Shown: positions 36,081 through 48,330 of the stretch, piece by piece | Numbering within the stretch: the stretch's first letter is position 1 | Layout of the letters: each line of letters starts with the position of its first letter | Source: Camelus dromedarius | Taxonomy: Eukaryota | DNA: 64,000 bases | Reading direction: 5' to 3' | Assembly: GCF_036321535.1 (NCBI RefSeq) | Contig: NC_087450.1 | Coordinates: 50,902,001 to 50,966,000, forward strand | The notes under the pieces: generated by a model | Told to the model about the DNA's origin: nothing | The model's database searches: none | What the model saw: the letters and a program-made list of their open reading frames with translations, nothing else | Made by a program: the position numbers and the translations under genes

Positions 36081-37129
36081 CCTTTTACTCAAGTACAAGG
36101 TGGGAAACTCCAGTTTCCCGGAGCTCTGCTTCAGGCTTGCATAAATCTGCCTTTGTGTTCAGAGCACTGGGCACTCCACCTGCCGAGTCCCGGGGAACGT
36201 GGCGGGGCCTGGGCCCTGTCCTGGGCCCTGACGTCCCCCGCGGACAGGGCAGCACTAACAGAGTGGGCTGCTGGAGGCCTAATTCTGGCCTCTGGCTCTC
36301 CCCCAGTGCTTCCCAGGTCTTCTCACTCTGGGAAGCTGCATTTGCCCAGTCGTAACCTGCTCTTCTCCCTGACTTCTGGATCCCATGTCGACCCTAGATC
36401 TCACTCTGCACGTAGCCCTTTCATGACTCACCTCTCACCTCTTGCTCTATAGGTACTACTGTCCTGCGTTTCCATCTGTCCTGCTAACAGACCAGCCCTG
36501 GAATCTGGCCCCAAGGTTCAGATTTAAGCTCTACCTCAGATTCAAGCACTGCCCTGCCTGTTGGCTGTGTTTCCTCCCTCACTCATGCATCACACACATG
36601 CACATGCAGGAACTCACTCATGCATCACACACGCACACACACACACTCGTTCACACAGTCTCAAGAGCCAGGCACTGAGCAGGTCTGGGGCAAGAGGGGA
36701 AACTAGGATTAGGCTGACACCATCCTTGCCCTCCAGAGCCTCCCAGTCAAGGCTGATTTTGCCCATACCTAAGCTTGAGTTCCAGCAGGATCTGGTCTCA
36801 GGCACGAGCTCTTGTCTGGTCAGGAAGGGGCCAAGACAGCCACTGTTGTTTGGGTACAGAAATTCAAGGAAGATCCAGACATTCCTCTACCCTGGGAGCA
36901 AACCAGCCACTCAGGATACAGGACAGGTCATAATAGGAGTCCAGAATAAGCCAGATGTGTCCCAGAGGGCTGGAGGGACAAGGGGAAAAGACATTAGTTT
37001 AACACTGAAGACCAGCTTATTTTGCTTGTTGAAAAAGATGATCATGACTCGGCCCATAGGAGGCACTCATAGCTCAGAAAGTGCCAGCTCATCCCAACCA
37101 AGTGGGGAAATGCTTCTCTGGGACTGCCA

Positions 37130-37410
37130 TTTGTCTCTTCCATACCTGCCGAACTCTTACCCGCACGTCAAGGCCCACTCAAGCATGCCCTTCTGTGTGA
37201 AGCTTATTTTCACACCACAGGTAGAATGATTTCTTCCTTTTCTGTGCTTTAACAGCACTTCTGAAAAATAATACCTTTATTATAATTCTTTGTTTGCTTG
37301 CTGGTATGTCCTCCCACCAGGCTCCTTGTGGTCAAGGCCATGTCTTTCTCATCTCAGTGTTCCTAGGACTTAGCTCGGGCTTGGAACAAAGGAGGTGCTC
37401 AGTGAAAGAT
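37130..37410 (+). mobile_element. LINE-2 3' end
   Basis: ctccttgtggtcaaggccatgtctttctcatctcagtgttcctagg..ggaggtgctcagtgaaagatgtgg. Confidence 0.65.
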
Positions 37411-38619
37411 GTGGCCTGTAATGACATCTACTGTTAACTGCCAGGAGTCTGTTAGCCTTCCCTTCACCTGCAGTCCCCTGGGCTGCACTGTAGCTGGTAG
37501 CTGCACTGACCACTTCCCCACTCACTGCCCAGAGCCCGGACACGCTATCACCCCAGTGCAAAGCTCTGAGTTGCTAATAGCCCTGCCCCCAGCAGGGCCA
37601 TTAGTAGATGCCCTTGGGGGTGGAGGGCCATGAGCCCAGCTCCAGAGGCCTGGCGGTACCATTACTGAGTGGGATGTGTTTACCCAGCCTCTGTAACCCA
37701 CATGTGCTGTTCCCAGCTGCCCTCTGTGTGAACCTGGCACAGTATTTTAGTGTGTCCTGTAGAATAATATTGNNNNNNNNNNNNNNNNNNNNNNNNNNNN
37801 NNNNNNNNNNNNNNNNNNNNNNNNNNNNNNNNNNNNNNNNNNNNNNNNNNNNNNNNNNNNNNNNNNNNNNNNNNNNNNNNNNNNNNNNNNNNNNNNNNNN
37901 NNNNNNNNNNNNNNNNNNNNNNNNNNNNTTTTCCCTCCATGAACTCTTACCGAGACATTTTCCTGCAATGAGACATGTATAGGTTGACTCAAAACAGATT
38001 TCACAATCACTTTATCCAATTTTGGACGACTTAATTCGGCAATTCATGTAACCCTCTTTAATCAGCCTCACGTCCAGGGGCGGCTGTGGTCTCAGACACT
38101 CTGACGTAGATGTCACTCAGTGCAGCGCCTGAGTGCAGAGGCCGTGGTCAGTCCCTGCTGTGGCTCTGGGAACTGGGACCATGTTTAGGATTCTTAGTGA
38201 CCCTGGATCTCTGCGAGGGCCCCAGCCGGTCAGGGGACCTGTGATTCTGTTTCTTGGGCGTGCACATACCTCATGCCCCATGCAGGGCTATGTCCAGGGA
38301 TGATGGAAGTTAAAAAGTGATTTGTGTGCCAAGATTGTTCCAGTTTTGACACTGTTGTGAAGAGTGTGGAGATCTTTGGGTTTTTGACTCTGACATTAAA
38401 TAAAAATATATTGGCTATGTGCCTAGCTCAGAGTCCTTAGGGGGAAAGTAATTTCTTTTCCTTCTTTGTCTTTACAGCTCTGGGGGAACCATATCCCCGG
38501 AATTAGTTGGGGAAATAGGTCCAGGTGGTGTCACCCACACTGTCACCTCTCAGGGGCTGAGGAAGATGAAGAGTCTCTACTAGACTTCGGTTTGTCTAGC
38601 AATTGCATTTGCAAGCCCT

Positions 38620-38790
38620 TAGTTGTTGATTCAGCCCCGTCAGGTGAGGGGCTCTGGGGAAAGAGCATCCACATTTCACAGATGGGGCGACCGAGGCCGG
38701 AAGCACTTGAGTGATTTGTCCGAGGTCATGCAGGGAGTTCACGGCAGAGCCAGGTTAGGGCCAGTCTCCTGCTCCTGGTCCCGGAGTTTG
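38620..38790 (-). mobile_element. MIR
   Basis: catttcacagatggggcgaccgaggccggaagcacttgagtgatttgtccgaggtca. Confidence 0.7.
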
Positions 38791-39196
38791 TTTCGTTTGG
38801 TTTTTCGTTAGGGAATCTGCCTCTTGTCTGCTTCCGTGAAACACTGTTGAGCAGTAGAGGCCCTGCTGGCCCTGAAGCATGAAGGCAGGGGCCAGAGGTG
38901 GCGTCTGCACACCGCCCTGGAGCTAGACAGCTTGTTCTTGGGAGTTTTCTCGGGTCCCTGGGATGTAGTCATTTAGTCGTTCTCTGCCCAAAGCCCTACA
39001 GGCACCTGTTGTTCCTCTGGGCGGTCCCGGTTCCAGACCCGGTATGTTCAGGGCCTCAGTGGGGAGGAGGGGCCCTGTGCGCCAGGGTGTCATCCGGGTG
39101 CTCTGCATGGGTCATTTTATTCAGATGGCAGCTGAGTCAGTGCTGAGAGATTTCAGGGAAAGAGGGAATCGGTGTTGCCCGGATGGCAGGAAGTGA

Positions 39197-39420
39197 GTGT
39201 GTGTGAGAGAGACGTGTTTGCATGTGGTATTGTTTGTGGTATGTGTAATGTATGGTGTGTTTTGTGTGTGTCTAGTGTGTGTGTGATATGAGTACACGAT
39301 GTGTGTGTGGGGTGTCTGTGTGTACTGTGTGTATTGTGTGTGTACACCCGGTATGTGTGTTGTGTGTATAGTGCGTGTGGTATGTTTCTCTCTGGTTTGT
39401 TTATGTGTGCACATGTGTGC
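39197..39420. repeat. Degenerate TG-rich low-complexity tract
   Basis: Interrupted gtgtgt/gtatgt units over about 220 bp. Confidence 0.85.
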
Positions 39421-39869
39421 TTGGAGAGCAGTGGTCAGGGAAGTCTTCCTGGGGAGGCCTATGGTAGAGCTGTGTCACACCCTGAAGGTGGGGCCCATTT
39501 AGGTTGGAGAGGGGGAGCATTTCCAGCAGTGGATAGTGGGGAATGTAGGAGGGTGGAAGGTGGGTGGGAGGGCAGAGAAGGTGGGGGACAGGGGCTGCCG
39601 TGGTTGGCACTAAGGCGGCATGTTAGGAGACTGAGTTAGAGGGGTGAGCTGCTGTTGTCCAGACCCAGCCTTCTCCAGGCCCTTGGTTCTCCATTTTAGC
39701 ACATGGAGGCCTTTAAGCAGAGGAATAATGTGATGAAAAAAGGATGTGGATGGAAAGCAAGGGCACTGCACCTTCTTACCTCCAGGGGTCACTGTGGAGC
39801 CCGGGTGCTGTGAACTGGGCAGGGGCCTTGAAAGTTTGATCACACCTGCCCCAGTCCAACCATGTGCTG

Positions 39870-40775
39870 GCAGCTCCCCAGTTCTTTTCAATTTTCTGAG
39901 CTCGGACCTCACACACAGTTACCTCCTTAGCATCTCCACTTGGAAGGCCCATAGGCTCCAACTTAACACATCCCAAGCAGAGAACTTGAGTATTCCCTCT
40001 CAAACCTGTTCCACCTCAACACGTGGCCCCCCACCAGCTACCCAGTTACTCCACTGGAAACCAAGACATCATCCCCCTCACTCCCCTTGCTCATCCCCAC
40101 ACCCACTCATCACCAGTCTTTCTCAGATTTACCTGTTTCTTCACTGTGGTCTCTGTCCTAGTCTAGCTGCCATCATCTCTCCCTTGAACTCTGCAACTCA
40201 CTCATCTCCTTGATATCATTCCAGAACCTCATCCAATCGACTGTCCCCAAGCAGCCAGACTGCTGTTTATCAAAATAAATCGGGCTGTGGGACTTTGTTG
40301 TGCACGGCCCCGCGTTGGCTGCCCTTTGCTCCAGGACACGATGCTCAATCCTTTCTGGCCTCCGCGGCATCTTGCCAGCCGCTCCCTCAAAGTCACCGTT
40401 GCGCTCCCGCTGCCCTCCAGGCCCCGGCCGCTGGCTTCCTGCTGGAGCCTGGTGCCCCTGCCTTGTCCAAGGCCTTTGCTGACTGCTCTTTCTCACACAC
40501 CAGCCCTACTTACGCTCCACGACAGGTTAAGTGCAACTCTGCAGGGAGCGCTTCCACGACCCTCTCCCACAGAGGCTGCTCTTTGCCTTGGAAGTCCTCA
40601 TCGCACTTTGTGATTCCTATGGTTTCCTTGTTTGATGCCTGGCTGCCCCACTAGCATGTAAGCTCCCCAAGGGCAGGGGCTATGGCTGCCTTGCCCACCA
40701 GCGTGAGCTCCACGCCTGGCATGGGGCCAGACGTGTCGGCGCGTCTGCTGACTATTGAAGGGTTGGATAAACGAA
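39870..40775 (+). mobile_element. LINE-2, about 0.9 kb 3' portion
   Basis: catctccacttggaaggcccataggctccaacttaacacatccc..; ends ccactagcatgtaagctccccaagggcagggg..gggttggataaacgaa. Confidence 0.75.
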
Positions 40776-43599
40776 CCGTGCTTCACTCTCATTGTGTGAT
40801 CATGCCCTCCTTCCCTCATCTCCCGGGATTTTGAAGGAGGATCCAAGGTTTGAGGATGGGGGCTCACAAGTGGCTCACCCTGCTCTGCAGGAAGGGGCTG
40901 GGGCTCTAGCCCACACAGGCCCCTGGAGGCCCCTCGGGCGCCTGGGATGGAGCCAGTAGCCAGAGACTCTCACCCCAAACCCTCCTCATCCACTGAATTC
41001 CCTGAGTGACTCAGAGGTTCACTCCCAGTGCCTTCCAGAGAAGTGGCTGTGGGCTCATGGGTTTTCAGACAGCAATTCCCATCTTTGGGTCAGGAAAATA
41101 AGGTCTCAGGAGGCTGATCTGGGACTTCAAAAAAAAAAAAAAGCCACCCAGGCCTTTTCTTTCTCTTATAACTTGAGATTCTCTCAACTTCCCAACCCAT
41201 GCATACAAATAAAGTCACATTAAGAGCAATAATCTGAATTTATTGCTCCCTTCCCACTTTGGTTTATAGGGTCACGACTCCCTTGCAAAGTTCCCACCAA
41301 ATATTTCTGGATCCCCCAGCATGTCTGGTGCATGCTTATGAGCTTGTGTGGACCTCTCCTTCTAAGATCTGCTGCCCTGTGCCCTGTGTGTCCCTCTCAC
41401 CATGGGGCCCTGGCATGCTGCCTAAGCCTGGCTTCTGACCACTGTCATCTGTGGGTGGCCACAGCTTTCTGTTGCTCATCCCTGATGCCCTGCCCTCTCC
41501 CGTCAGAAACTGTGGTCCCACCAGCCATGCGCTGCACTGGTGTGTGGGGCCCTCACGGTGTGGAAACTGAGCCCTGGTCTGACGTGTCCTTTTCAGCTAC
41601 CAGCTTGTCGTAAAGAATTTAAAGACTGTAAACACGAATCTCTAGGACTAGACTTGGGAGGGACACAACCATTTAGAACCCTCTTTTGCTAAGGTGGGCA
41701 AACCTTACAGCCAGGTCTACATGGTTGAGTCTTGCTTTAGGACAGATTCTCTCCCTGAAAGCAGTTCAGTTCCTTATGCTGTTCGATTTCTGGGAATTTT
41801 TCCCCAAGTGTGCTTAGTAGGGTTGAGCTGGGACCCCTGCTGTTTCCCACTGTGGTCTGGGAGGAGCTGAGCTCAGGGGTCCTGGGGCATTGAAAGTAAT
41901 ATCCATGCTACAGGCTGAGAGACTGACTCTGCTTGCCTGCTGTCTGGTGGAAGACACCAGGCAGATGAGGCAAACATTGGTTCCTCAGTAAATCTCTCTG
42001 TACTTTGCTTGTGCTGCTGGAACCCACCTGAGGAAATTCCATGATTCTTGTTTCTTCCCTTTGTAAGTATACATTTTGCATTTTTGCATGTCTGGCCATC
42101 TTCTGGCTTACCTCTTGGATTTCTCACCTGGACACACAACATGCAGGAAAATCAAATATTCTCAAGTTCAGGTTGGAATGCTCCTTGGGAAGCTGCAGAA
42201 TTCCAAGGAGACGTCATGGATTTTTGTCTTAAGTAGATTATAGCCTGAGAGCCCTCCAAGTTGTCTCAGGAACTATAAACATCTCTGAGCAAGACCATAC
42301 AGCTGGGCATCTGCAGGGGAGCCCAAGGCGGGAGTAATGATTGGCAGAAAGCTTTGGGGCTAGTGGGAATTTTGGGATCTGGCTCCTCCAGTCAAACGGG
42401 GGACCCTGTTTCTGAAGTTGGTTCAGTGGGCAGGTGGCTTGTCAGTGACAAGTTGTGTGGTCATGCCCAAGGGTGAATCACCTGCTGTAGCTGGCACTGT
42501 GTCCCCAAGACCTTCCACCGGCTGGAGGCACCTTTGCTCGGCTCACTTTCATTGGCAAAGCTGATGCACATGGAATCTTTCTTACAGAGTTAAAGGCTGT
42601 TATCTTGCTAGGAGAGAGCCAAGAGTTTCCTCTGGGTTTCTAGCCCATGAGGGAGAGTCCTTCAAGGCATCACTGTTGGAATCATTCTGCGGCTAATAAT
42701 CCAATTCAACATGCATGGAATTTCCTCCTCTGTGCCAGATGCCAAGATGAGGGGGAAACAGAGGTGGCTTAGAGACGGTTCTTGCCCAGAAGGTCATAGT
42801 GATCAGAATACAGAGTGGTGGTGCAGAAAAATCATTCCAGCAGCGTGGTAGACATTGTCTACTCACTTTCGCTGGACCATAAATTGTTTGAGATTCTGAT
42901 GGGAGTAGTGGATTCACTTGTACGAATGTACAAATACACCCCTCCCGACCATGTATTATGTCCTAGTTCAGGGATCCCTTAAGTCAGAACTTCAGGATGA
43001 AAAGTTCATCCAAGAGGATAGACTGAGGGGGTGGCTAGAGGGACACCTGCCTGTGAGCTTTTGTATTATTTCAGGCAAGGGAGAAGCTGATCTAGGGAAG
43101 ATAGTCCTGTTGGGATAGAAGAGGCTGAAGTAGATGCAGGATCTGAGGGTGCAGGTGGTGAAGAGGACATGAAAAAGAAGACTCAGTTTTCTCATCTGGA
43201 TGATGGGATAGAAAGTGGTGTCATCAACGTGGAAGACACAGATTCCCCTTCATCATTGAGTGACCAGGAACGGGGACATAGTGCCAGACAGTACAGTGGA
43301 ATGGGGCAGGGATAGAATGGGGGACCTTGGGAGCCATGGAAGAGGGGACAGGTGAAGGGCACCTTTCTCTTTAGCCTAGTTGTGCTGCCCTGGGCAGAGG
43401 TGGCCCCACTGGATGGCATGTTCTCGCCATGCTCTCAGCCTTGGGGGTGTGGTTTTATCTCTGATGCTCAGGCTGGCCTTGGGCATATCCAAACGCCTCA
43501 GCCAGGCTGGTGTCAGGAAACAGACTTACCTATAGCATCATGCTGTGGCTGGGATAGAGTGTTACGTTCTGTTCACGGGACTGTGGGTTGTCGGGGGCA

Positions 43600-43750
43600 C
43601 GTCAGAATCCGCTGGGGAGCTCTTCTTACTCGCTACACCCAGATCACCTGAGATCTGACAGGTGATGTTGTCTGGGGGTAGGGGCAGGCGTGTACATATT
43701 TATAGAAAGTTCCCAAGTTGATTCTGATGAATGCTCTGAGAACCACCAAT
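43600..43750. mobile_element. MER5A-like hAT-Charlie MITE
   Basis: cagatcacctgag..tctgggggtaggggcagg..aagttcccaagttgattctgatg..tgagaaccac. Confidence 0.6.
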
Positions 43751-45229
43751 TTCGACCATCCACTCCTTTTATAACTGAAGAAATAGGGTCTTAGGAAGAG
43801 CAGAGCTTAGGGGATAGGTGTCCTCCATCCCAGATGGTTGCGATGGGAAAGCAGTACATAGATGTCTTCCCGGAGGGCCATACCAGGAAGCAAGACATCA
43901 TCAGAGCCAGTCCGTTCTGCTTTGGACCAAGGCAGCCTAGGTTCCCAGATGGACTGATCTCAAGAGAGACCATTTCTTTCCTGCTCATGGGTTAGTTTGG
44001 CCACAAAACTGGGCCTTCCAATGCCCAGGTAGGCTCCTTGGGGGCTAGGAGGTGAGGGCTGCTGGGGTCAGTAGTGTTGGCTTTTGGTTGAGGCTGTTTG
44101 GTACAGGTGATGCTCAGAGGTCTGCGAGCACAGCCTCATGCTCTGGCGGGTCCTCCCAAGGGGATTCTTGAAGCTGACCGAGTGCACATGGCTGGGTCCA
44201 CCATCCTGGCCCTCAAGGGCAGCCTGCAGTGCACACCCTTGTATCAGGGTTCTGAAGTGGGAAGGTTGCTCTATGACATTTATAGATGGCGTTCTCCTCT
44301 TTATCAGCTTTCTTCCTCTATAAGGAAAGGGAGAAGTTAATTATGTAATTGTGTAAATGACATGATTACATAGAAAAACCCCGATGAGGCATCTCCTAAT
44401 AGGAGAAGGGCTGTCTCAATGTGGGAGGAGGAAAACAATTCTGGAGAAAAGGGATTCTGGATCGTGGGAGAGGGTGTTTCAGGCCACGTGATTCCCAGAA
44501 GCTTTTCTTGCAGGGGCATGAGAAGAGTCAGTTTACGCCGGAGGAGAGCCATACCTGCAGAATCTTTGCCTAGCGTGGATTTGGATGGCAGTGGTCACTA
44601 TCTGGTTACAGACTGCTGGAACAGTTGAAATGTAGTATGGCAGGCTGGGTAGGTGAGGCAGAAGGGCTTTGATAATTCAGAGCAATGACAGATGGACAGA
44701 GGATTCATTCCAATAATTTTATCGATCCTGTTACAGTGAAGGGACCAGACCGGGTTAGTGCAGCCAGACATGTGGACCAGCACTAGAAGAGTAGAGTGGG
44801 ACCAGGACCTCATGGAAGCACAGGGGAAACAGGAAACCCAGGATGGTGGAGGAGCTTCAGAATGAATGCAGAGGATCAGGCTGGGTAGACACAGAGGTGG
44901 CACCTTGGCCCTCCGTAGCCTTGGCTTTCACTCGTGTCCTAGGGAGGGGGAACTGGTGGTGAATGCCAGAACCACCTGGGATCATAGCATACTCTTGCAG
45001 ATTTAACAGTTACAGTTTTGACTAGAGATCTAAGGCATGCTGTCATTTATAATCTTTTGAAGATAAGAATTTGAATGTAACTCTCTGCAAGGCTGGAGTG
45101 GACCATCAGCCATTGGAAACATGCAGTCAGACACAGAGTCGAACTGGCTGCCCACATGCACATCTCCGTGCAGTGTGTACTCTCCTGTCACAGCTCTGGG
45201 ACTCTTGAGGAAGAGTATAGAAGTGTGCT

Positions 45230-45274
<45 letters not shown>
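45230..45274. repeat. Compound (TG)n(AG)n microsatellite
   Basis: About 10 TG units followed by about 12 AG units. Confidence 0.95.
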
Positions 45275-46019
45275 CAAACTCACATTGCATTCCAACTGAA
45301 TGTTCCCCCACCTCACCAGAACTGTGCAGTGCAAAACCTGCACAACTGAGCAGATCAGCTCTGACTTAGCCAAAAAATGGAATTTTGAAAGAATTTGAAG
45401 AGTAGACTATTGAGCTTAGCACTGGCTCAGCTCTGTGATGTGGAAGTGTTCATCATATACTTGATCTGGGCAAATGGAAAAGGAATTTGGGAGGCTCCTG
45501 CAAGTAGTTCTCCAGCTAGTGTGCAAATCTGTCTCTCCTCAACTGAGAAATTAAAACTCCAGTGAAAGTCGAAAAGGCTGTTAACCAGGGTTTGAAGAGA
45601 AGGCATTGAGAATATGAGCTCTCCTCAGAAATGTAGTACAGGAGAGAGCCAGGAGCTGGTCCACACATGTCTGCTTTTGTGTATTTGTGGGTTGTTGAAG
45701 GTCTCTGGGAACGTACTGTAATGTTACTTACAAAGTCCTACTGTGTATGATATGTAGATGTGCTCATAGGAACAAATTCACTTGGTCTCAAATTGTGTAC
45801 AGAGAGCTCTCATTTTATATGCATTTATGTTATATGCTGACTTTGGAAATTAATCTGAAGATGCAACTTCGCTGTCGTCTTCAGACTTCACCACAACAAG
45901 CAGATCTATTGATGTGCATCAAAGTTCTAGTCAGGAGCTTAGTTTAGAGACAGAATGGCAGGAACCCTTTGGAGAAGCAGGTGCTCACTATTGGTAACTT
46001 CCAATTACCTGTAGGAATG

Positions 46020-46465
46020 TGATGGTAGATTGCACTGAGTAACATTGACATCTACCAGTATTAAGTCTTCCACCCACAAACACAAGTGTCAACATTTATT
46101 TAGGTTTCCTTTAATTTTCTTCAACAACATTTTGTAATTTTCTGTGTACAACTCTTTTACCTCCTTTGTTAAATTTATTTGTAAGTATTTTGTTCTTTTG
46201 GATGATATTGTAAATGGAATTGTTTTCTTAATTACCTTTTCATATTGTTCAATGCTGGTGTATTGAAATACAACTGATTTTGCATGTTGGTCTTCTACCC
46301 TGCAACTTTGCTGAATTTGTTTATTAGCTCTAATAGCTCTTTTTGGTGGAGTCTTTGGGATTTTCTATATATAACATTATGCAATTTGTGACCAAATATA
46401 GTTTTACTTCTTCCCAGTTTAGATGCTTTTAATTTGTTTTACATGCCTAGATAGTACTTCCAGTA
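46020..46465 (-). mobile_element. L1M(B/C)-type ORF2, mid-RT segment
   Basis: Reverse complement starts tactggaagt and includes gactccacc..ctattagagctaataaacaaattcagcaaagttgcaggg and ggaagacttaatact. Confidence 0.9.
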
Positions 46466-47690
<1,225 letters not shown>

Positions 47691-48330
47691 ACCTTCTCAT
47701 GTACTTGTTAGCTCTATGTATGTCTTCTTTGGAAAAATGTCTATTTAGATCCTTTGCCCATTTTAAAATTGGGTGGTGGTGGTGATTATTATTATTATTG
47801 CTATCAAGTTGTAAGAGTTCTTTATATATTTTGGATATTATTATCTTACCTGATAAGTAGCCTGCAGATATTTTTTTTTTCATTCCATAGGCTGACTTGA
47901 CATTTTTTTGGTTATTTCCTTTGCTCTGCAAATTTTTTTTTAGTTTGATGTAGTTCCACTTGTTTTTTGCTTTTTGTTGCCTGTGCTTTTGGTGTCAGAG
48001 CCAAAGAATCATTGCCAAGAATAGTGTCAAGGAGATTTCTCCTTATGTTTTCTTCTAGAAGTTTTACAGTTTCAGGTCTTAAGTTTAAGTCTTTAATCCA
48101 TTTGGGGTTGATTTTTTTTTTTTTTCGGTATGGAGTATGGTAGGGCTTTTCCTACCATTTTCAAGTTGCTTTTTTTCTAGATTCAGTGTTTGCTTGATTG
48201 CTGTAAGGCTTTGGCTGTTTCCCAGAGTTCTGACAAAGTTGGTTCTAACAGTTTCTGGTTGATTTTTCAATGTTTCTCTGAAGGGACAGGCATTCGGAGC
48301 CTGCCACTCTGCCGTTTTGCTGGTGTCACT
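47691..48330 (-). mobile_element. L1 5'UTR start (48330 to about 48146) fused to late ORF2 (about 48145 to 47691)
   Basis: Reverse complement: agtgacaccagcaaaacggcagagt..aaccaactttgtcagaactctggg (L1MB-like 5' end), then caaatggattaaagacttaaac..aaaatgggcaaaggatctaaatagacatttttccaaagaag. Confidence 0.8.

Noticed and set aside
36561-37229. 222-aa ORF
   Set aside because: Starts in a CA-rich low-complexity tract, ends in an L2, and has no recognisable homology.
41224-41248. Perfect 9-bp hairpin gagcaataa/ttattgctc
   Set aside because: About 2 such stems are expected by chance in 64 kb, and it is too short for a pre-miRNA.
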